From NCBI GenBank assembly GCA_040954595.2, contig CM082586.2:4074349-4138348 (forward strand): a stretch of DNA of 64,000 bases, written 5' to 3'. This DNA comes from Balanoglossus misakiensis (taxonomy: Eukaryota; Animalia; Hemichordata). The stretch's first letter is position 1, and each line of letters starts with the position of its first letter. Under the pieces are notes generated by a model. The model was given only the letters and a program-made list of their open reading frames with translations. It had not been told where the DNA came from and searched no databases. This document shows, piece after piece, positions 52,301 through 61,300 of the stretch. The translations under genes and the position numbers were made by a program.

Positions 52301-55300
52301 AGTGTTATCATCTCACACATATTACCTATATTATCTGACAAGAACAAATCTAATATGATAGACAATATGAACTTCTCAGAAAATTAAAGTTTTCCGTCAC
52401 GTAATTGAGTTGAATGGTAATGTAATCTGAGTTTTAATGCTTCCATAGTCTGTAATTGTAAGATAATACACAACGATTATATCATTTCTTGTAAATATTT
52501 TATATAGATTTGTTAAAAAATGATTAGTCACACATTTTGTGTCTTCATGTTAAAGATATTTCTTTTCTCAACAGTGTGATGTTCTTGAACACTCTAACCT
52601 GATCCTTTCTTTTTGTCACTGTACTTTGTGTTTTACAAACTATTTCTGTACATTGTCTCCCTCTCTCTCGATGTCATCAAGTTTTCTTCCTTTTCTATTG
52701 TTCTCATCAAAGCCATCACACGCCTGACCTGACCTAATACCAGTTTCCCACCATTTGCACTTCATTGTTACCAATTTTGTGCAGTTCATCATCGCTTTTT
52801 GGGCTTTTATGTCATCATATTCTGTGCTCACCGTCACCAAAATTACAATATGCCAGCTCCCTTCATCACCAAGCATGGAGTAGTGTCATTGACACTGTCC
52901 ATTGTGATGATGATGATATCATCAATAATCGCGCATTTCATCACCAGTTATTGTGCACTTTGTCACAAAAAGTTGTGCGATGTATTATCAGCCATGGCAG
53001 TGCGCATCACCCAATATTGGGCTTTCTAGCACTGTCATAGAGCAGTTCACCATCCCGCATACTTACCTTCTACATCATCAAATTCTGTGCACTTCATCAT
53101 CACATTCTGTGTTCCTCATCACCAGTTCACGAGCTTATCATCACCATGCATAAATCATCACTCTTTATCCAAATCATAGTCTCTTTCGTTAGCAGTCTAT
53201 TTTATTTCAATTCTTAATTGTATATGTTCACTCAAAATCTGTGTAATATGCAGTGTTCTCCCAAGAAATTTCTGGGTTGCCAATTCACAACACGACCTAT
53301 TAAAATGAAAATCAAAATTTAGGAAATTTTACCACTGTGCTGTAATTATCGATGGGAGAACACTGTTCTTTATCAGTAGTTTTTTTATTTATCTAACCAA
53401 GTGTGTTTTTTCTCTATCATTACTAATTTATTGCATGACCTCGGTGTGAACTATATATTTTATACAACTGGGTATTGGTAAAATAAAAATGTGTGTGCGG
53501 TGTGTAAAACGTGCATGCAGCGTTACTCTCCAACTTTGACAACTACGTGGACGGGCTTATCAACTCCATCATGCAGGCCCGAACCCAGACCAATGCTAAA
53601 GAAAAAGAAAGGAATAAGGATGAAGGTATTCCTTGTCACGTTTGTCTGGCTGAGCCTCCCAGCCTCCCCCTCGGTTGGGAATACGTGTAGTTGTCAGACA
53701 CATTGCTGGAACCGAGCACGGTTGTACGAGAGACATCACCGCTGTGTCGATCTCAGACTTCTGCATTGAAACACTCAGCCCTCCCCTGTGCAGAGTCTGA
53801 AATCGATGTCAGTGATAGAAGCCCTGTCGCTTACACTTAAGTCAATGTGTCTGGGAATCAGTATTGCAAAGGCGTATTTTTCGCTGATTGGTCAAGTTTA
53901 GTGGTTGTAAGGTGAAAATTAAGGTGTCAGTGCACAAAGTTTAGTGGTACATGTAAATCTAATGTAATATCGCTTCTGTATTGTATGCCTATTATTATAT
54001 AAAATAACACTTAAAATTTACATATGCATGGTAAATGTAAAGCTTAATCAAAAGTAGTAATGTAGATAGTGTAATAAATTAAAATGATAACCAGTTGTTA
54101 TTACTGAACTACATTGACTATATGACATGAGATAAGGCAATAAGTAAATACTCAGTGGTATTAACCCTTTTACCCCCTTTTCTCTGTATATTGGTTCAAC
54201 CACACCATTGGAAACAATGGGGTGGTACCAAATTCTGGGGATGATAGGGTTAATCACACTCACATGTCAAAGGTCAATGACCAGTTATGAACTGTGATGC
54301 ACAAAATATATGTACAAGCTCAATGTGTGCACAACACACCACATCACAGATCAAAATCACTTCTGAACCATTCAGAGTTTATCATTCTCAGCATCGTCAC
54401 AGTCACCTCTTTGTCACTCATGAATCAATTTTATTTTATATTGCACATAAATTGTTATTTATTTATTATGTATTTATTGATTGATTCGTAGCATGTGAAA
54501 GAATGTTGACTGTGGTGTGTGCAAGTCAGAGTGTAAAAATATAGAATTTCTGGTAGTGTTTGTAAATCTGCACAAATCTTACTAACACTTATTGCACTGC
54601 AGTGTATCGTAGACTTCAGTATCAACCTTTTCCTGGTCTTTGTCTTCACAGCAATTAAAGTTTTCTGTCTTATTGTCTTCGTACTACATTGACAATCTTC
54701 CCATCTTTTCCCTCCCCTCCCCCTGCCCCTCCCCTTCCTACTACTCCCCCCCCCCCCCCGCCCTGCCGTACCCCAAACCAGTCCATACATGTATAAAGAG
54801 CACCCCCCAAAAATATTGTTGCATGATGACGCCATTTTGTGGTGTTGGCGGGTCATAATTGGTTGCTATGGTGAAGGGTGATGTCATTTGGTGGTGGGTC
54901 ATGACAGTTGCTATGGTGAAGGGCAATATTGTAATAGAGGTGGCGGTCTATGGTGATTGGTGATTTTGTTTGGTGGTGGGCTGTTCGTTGCTATGGTGAA
55001 GGGCAATATTTTTATTTCAATCACTTGCATGCCCTCAGTGTTCAACGCTGTGCAAGGTTTAATCAGCCCAATGATTAACCCTTTCACCCCCAGTTTCCTC
55101 TGTAGAGGTCCAACTTTACATAGAAAACAATGGATTTGGACCAAACCATGGTGGTGAAAGGGTTAAAAAGCATTACTTGCACAAACAGCAGACGAATGTC
55201 ACAATCATGCTACCTGCTACACTATGTAATAACGTTCGTCAAACTGCACTCATTAGTAAAGTCATTGCAATGAATATATTTTACATATGCGCAGTGTTTG

Positions 55301-58300
55301 TCTGAATGAAGTCATTGCAAATAACCGCAAAATAATCCTACACTTATTTGCTGCAATGATCAATTGTAAGAACTCTAACTTCGCCCTAGTACAATATTAC
55401 TGTACACTGAAACACTGCAATTTTTTGTACAATTCTCATGGATATGTTATGCTTATATGCTGCCCCATGTTCCAAAAATAATTTGGCTTAAGACAATATT
55501 GTGACTTGTATCTGATTCACACATGTAGTGTGAAGAGCTGAAAAGGTTCAAGCAGCCATCAAGAAGTGCAGATACTAAAATCTCATCCATGACACTTTTC
55601 CCGATTCACAGAACCCCGGATGATCCGATACTCCAGCCGGCGTCTCCTCTGTCACGAGAACTTCCGTCTGTACATGCAGACCGGCAACGGCAGCGCGACG
55701 TTCAATCCGGAGGTGTCGTCCACCTCGGCTCTGATCGGCTACACCACGTCGGCCGAGACCCTGCAGGACGAGTTGTTGAGTCGAGCTTTCGCAAGAGTCC
55801 GTCCCGAGCTTTACATGGAGAGAAAGAAGGTTCTCAAAGCTATTCAACAACACAGAATCACCCTATATGTAAGTTGGACATAAATCAATGTCTTTAGCCT
55901 TTTCTCATCAATAATATTGTTCAAGGCATCTAAAGATTATTCCCTCATAAAATTAGGAATTAAAACTGAGGGTGGACACCGTGCAAAATTTTGAATATGA
56001 GAGCAAAATTGTTTCAATTTTGCAATTCAAAATGGCCGCCTATCTCTGCAATATCGAGATAACACAGAGATTTGTTTTCAAAAAGAATCCTCATATGCTT
56101 TAATATGGCAAAGAATTGAAAGGTTTGGATGACTGAAAATCAGATTTTATTATAAACTTTATTTTCTAATTATCATTTTCAGGATTTGGAGAATCTCCTG
56201 ATTGAGAAACTGAAAGGTGAAAAGACGGACATCTGGGAGCAGACTGAGTACGTGTCGGCCATCGTGGACGCCAAGGAACAAGTGGCCGGGAAATTAGAGG
56301 AAGCCCAGCAGGTACTTGGAGAGTTGGATCAACTGCAGGAGGAACTGTTCCCTGTGGCAAAGAGGGCAGCTCTGCTCTTCTCTATACTTCGCAGCTTGGA
56401 GGGAATTCAGCGAGAATATATCTTTGCTCTGCCGTTCTTCTTGTCGTTGTTCGACAGAGCCGTGGGCGAGGAACCACCACCTGAGGAAGAGGAGGAAGAA
56501 GATGAAGACGTGAGTTTTTTTTATGATGATTGGAACTTCAGTTAATTTTGATACTATAACATTTGGTATGCTACTTGCTTTCACAAAACAATCCAAATTT
56601 GGCCACCAAAGAGTGACACACTTCTTTGGATATTTGGAGTTGAATCTTAATCTGAAGTTACCCCTGTTATACAAACAATGATATATGCCCTGAAATGAAT
56701 AATTAATAATATATCTTTCAGGATGATGAGTCAACTGCCGAGGATGAATTACACGCCCTGTTGGCCAGACCTGTCAGTGTCTCCACCAAATGTTCTGACG
56801 AGCAAGACCAAGAGAAGAAGGACGATGATTATGCGGATGAGAAATTTGATGACGACGATGATGAGAATGCGGAAAAACCAACTCCGAGAGAAGGTCAGTC
56901 AGAGGTCATGAGTATTGAAAAGTAGTTTATTTATTGAACTTTCGGAAACAGTGGCTCCAACTCAGTAATGTTCGCTGCTGTGTTTTGGTCATGTTTAAAA
57001 AAGGATTCTTTATTTTCTGAAATGGTTCAGGTGGGGAAGCGGGAAGTCCAACTGAAGCCAACAAAGCTGCTCAGATCTCCGTCCCAGACGCCCCTCAGTT
57101 ACCGACAGAGGGAGTGGATTACAACAACATGTCCGCCAACCAAGTCAAACAGATCCTGGACAGTCTGACGCAGACGGTCTTCCAAAATGTCAGGCAGTAA
57201 GTAACATTTTTTTTAGGTGAAAAATTTGGCATTGCAAGATTTTTTTGTTGTTGTTCAGTTCTTGGTGTTGTTGTTCTTGTTAGTGCCCATTTGGTATATG
57301 TATTATGTATATACCATTGGGACCTTATGGGATCGGTTGCGTCTGTATGTATGTCTGTACGTACGTACGTACGTATGTATGTCTGTACGTACGTACGTAC
57401 GTACGTATGTATGTATGTATGTATGTATGTATGTATGTATGTATGTATGTATGTATGTATGTATGTATGTATGTATGTATGTATGTATGTATGTATGTAT
57501 GTATGTATGTATGTATGTATGTATGTATGTATGTATCATTGTATGTATCATTGTATGTATCATTGTATGTATGTATGTATGTATGTATGTTTGTTGTTGT
57601 TGTTGTTGTTGTTGTTGACAAACCGTAAGCACACTGTATGACAACTCATCGTTTCTTATTTCTTGTAGGAGTCTATATGAGGAGCATCGTCTACTCTTTG
57701 CCACAATGCTGTGTTTGAATATTCAGAATGAATCCTCAGATCATTTCGCAGAAGAAGAAATGGCTCTTCTCTTACAAGGTAGGTAATAGATTGGCTCTAC
57801 CATTCAATGGCATGGTGTGGAAGTCATCAAATTTGCAAGAGTTGTTTAGCCGGCCATTTTACTTGTAGCATGATGTAAAATCAGTGTTGAAGTACATGTA
57901 TGTTATTTTAATGGATAGAATGTGTTCCAGTACAAGTCTTCATTAGTAAAATCATTAATGATACACAACACTAGGAGAAATGTACTTACACATTTGCTAG
58001 TAGTTGTTCTAGTGTTCATTGACAAATGTTGGTGTCCAGGGACAATTTTATAAGTGCCTTTAAATAAAAAAAAATTATAAATTACAGCAAGCATTAATCA
58101 ACATGCAAATTGTGAGTGATAACTTAATTCCATTGTATCTCATTTCTCTAGGCAACCCTGGCTTCGGTAACATGGTTCTTTCACTGGCCGATTTCGACTG
58201 TGATGAACCGGTGCCACAATGGCTGCCTGTCGACAAATGGGATGATGTCATCGCCATGTCCGTGTTGCCGGGACCCCTGGATAGTCTCTGCGTTCAGGTA

Positions 58301-61300
58301 GCGGAAAACAGCGAGGAATGGGAAGCCTGGTATAAGACCGACATGCCGGAAAATGAACCGTTGCCGATGTTGAGCTCGGAAGAGACAACACGTGAGTAGT
58401 TCTTTAACAAGATTTGGTTTTTTTTCCTGTTGTTTTGTGTTCCGAATGTCAAGCATGGTGTCCACACTGATTACTGTTTTCTCTAATATACATATATGTC
58501 CATTTATGGTTATATGGGTGTTTCAATCATTACAAATGATCATGTAGGGATGGATGCCCTTTTTCTAACATGCACTTCAAGTGAAAATATGTGATTGGCT
58601 ACATCTCAGTAGTAAACTTTATAGTGATCGAGTCGTGTTGAGAAGTAGACATGGATGTTCAGTGAAATCATGTATGTTTCCTATATCTTGAACACATCAA
58701 TGCATTGTGATTTCTAAAGGAGTGTGGCCTGAATATTCATAATTAACACTTTATTATCATTTTGTCATCTCGACAGAAGAAGCTGGTCAAGCCAACGATG
58801 ACGAGGGAGCAGTGACCAACGCCAGTCCGGACCTCGGACCGATGACCGACTTCCACCAGCTGCTCATCCTGCGCATGCTGCGTCCCGACCGCCTGCCCAT
58901 CGCCATGGCGAAGTACGTCAACAAGCACATGACCAGCGTCAAGCATATAACGCCGTCGATCAGCAGCATCCAGGGCAGTGCCAACACGTCTCTGGGCATC
59001 CTGGTGATGATGCCCCCCAAGGCTGAACGCGAGCATTTCATCAGCTCCATTACTTTGAACACGCACCCGGTGGAGATCCTGAAACAACTTGCACAGGTGA
59101 GATTATTTTGACCCCTGTCATCCAGTTTCGGCAGACAAGATCTTCTTGTAATCATTGCGAAAATGTAAACCCAAATTTCAGGAAACCAGTGAATAAATTT
59201 AACAGATGCAATGCTGTGATCTAAGAAGTTAATACAGGTTTTTACTGTGTTACGGTGGTCACAACATAAACTACATACATTGTTGGATTTTGCAAACGAT
59301 CACTATGTTCAGTACTAAACAGACCTGCACTGAAATGAAAATAATGATCAGTAATATTATATTGGCTTTACTAAAGACATCACATAGAATCAGTGCAGAA
59401 AATCAAAAATATGTCTGTATACATGAATATGTACACCCTATGGTTTTGTCTGGATGCTTTTGCTGTGCTTTCTGAGTTTATGATACAAAGAATAGTGATT
59501 CATCATGATGATTTCTCTATCTGTCTGTGCATGTACAGTCCAAGAACATCCCAATTGACGTTGTCAACATCGCTGAGGGCTGTGAGGCAGAGGCTGATAT
59601 TGTGATCGACATGGCTGTCAAGAACGATGGATGGGTTGTTCTTCAAGATCTGCATCTGGCATCGCAGAGATTTTCTAAGGAACTGCGACATCACTTGATC
59701 CGTGTTGGCAACACTGGTGGTGAGTGAAATAACCACATGAGTCCTGCTGTCTCAGTGAAGAAAATGAACTCTTTTAAATCCAAAGAAATCTTAACGTGTA
59801 CAATTTGAAGAATCAAGAGAAAGTTCATGGTCACTGTTTAAATTTTTGGCCCGTCTCAGTGAACTGTACTGTAGTTGAAATTCAAAGTTGCCTTTAAATT
59901 CTATTTTTATTCTACTGTTTTCTAAGTCTTCAAATGGCCATGTTGAGGCACATATATTGTTCATGGCCAGCCCTTGAAAATCTGTCATTGGTTAGATGTC
60001 CCATTACCTTGGTGTAACTGTGGCTAAGCTTGCATACATGTTTAGATGACCATATACCTTTAATGTAATTTTGTTTTCAGGTCCAATGGGTTTGAATCCT
60101 ATTGAGAAAGAAGGCACCTCAAATTTCCGTGTGTGGATAACATCGCAGCCGAGTGAAGACATTGCATCAGCGTTGTTGCAGTCCTTACGCGTCATCAACT
60201 GGGACAACATTACACCTGCGTTGTTGGTTGGTGGAACTGAAGACACAGATGGTGCTGATAATGAATTCCAAGCTAACACTCTGCAGGACGTCTTGAAGAT
60301 CGGTGAGTCAAAACTCTGTCTTGTCATCAAATAAATGTATCCATATGGAAAGGCAATAATTGTCAAAAATGAAAGTAACTGACAAACAAGTCATGTTCAC
60401 TATATCCTGTCCCTTGAGAAAATGATCTATCTTTTATCTTTTGTTGCGCACTGTAAAACTCTGTCCCAGCCTTTTACATCCATTTTTTGTGTAGTCACCA
60501 AACCACATGATAAGAAACAATTGACTAAATCACTTCTAAGAAAATGTTATCTGAGAAAGCAGATGCAAAGCAGATGTCATATTGAATATGATGGAAAGCT
60601 TTTGTCTTTATGTGTCAGTTTGCTGTGTCTGTGTGTTTTAACCCTTTCCCCACAATGGTTCAGTCCAAAGCCCATTGTTTCCTATGATAAGGTTGGTCCT
60701 ATAAAGAGGGAAGTTGGGGTGAAAGGGTTAATCTTTACAATCGTCAAAGACTTTCTCTTACTGACAGTGGTGCATTTCCTCATTTGCAGCGATTGCATCG
60801 GCTTTGGATTCAGTCTCGGAGTCCCAGTGGAATCAGATCCGTGACCAGTCCAGCGCCGTCAAAGGCATGGTGTTTGGAATCTGCGTCGTCCACGGCATTC
60901 TGGTGGCGCGTCAGTCCTACGGTTGCCGTGGCATCTCCCAGTGGTACGCCTTCTCTCAAGTTCAAATACAGCAAGCCGTTGAGGCCGTCGCTGGTCCGTC
61001 TGCCAAAGCAGAGGGCGGTTCTGAACCCAAGCTTCAAGATGTGATTCACAGCCTCACACAGGTAATGCAGAAAACATGATTTTTATTTCCGTCAAGTCTG
61101 TCGTCGCTAGCCTGTATAATCACCATTATCTGGTCTTGTGTATAGTGTAGATTCATCGACAACGGGTTTTCTCTTGTCGACGTTTCAATCAATTTTGATT
61201 GCAAAAAATGTGTGCGATTTGGAACAGTGACAAGGAAAAATGCTGTTGTACCAAGCTACTGTGCTGATTGGAATTATTTGCTAAATTTTTATTTTTCTCA

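Noticed and set aside
52700-53165. His/Ser-rich ORFs in the long dynein intron as a nested gene
   Set aside because: Degenerate CAT/CAC-rich low-complexity sequence with no coherent exon structure.
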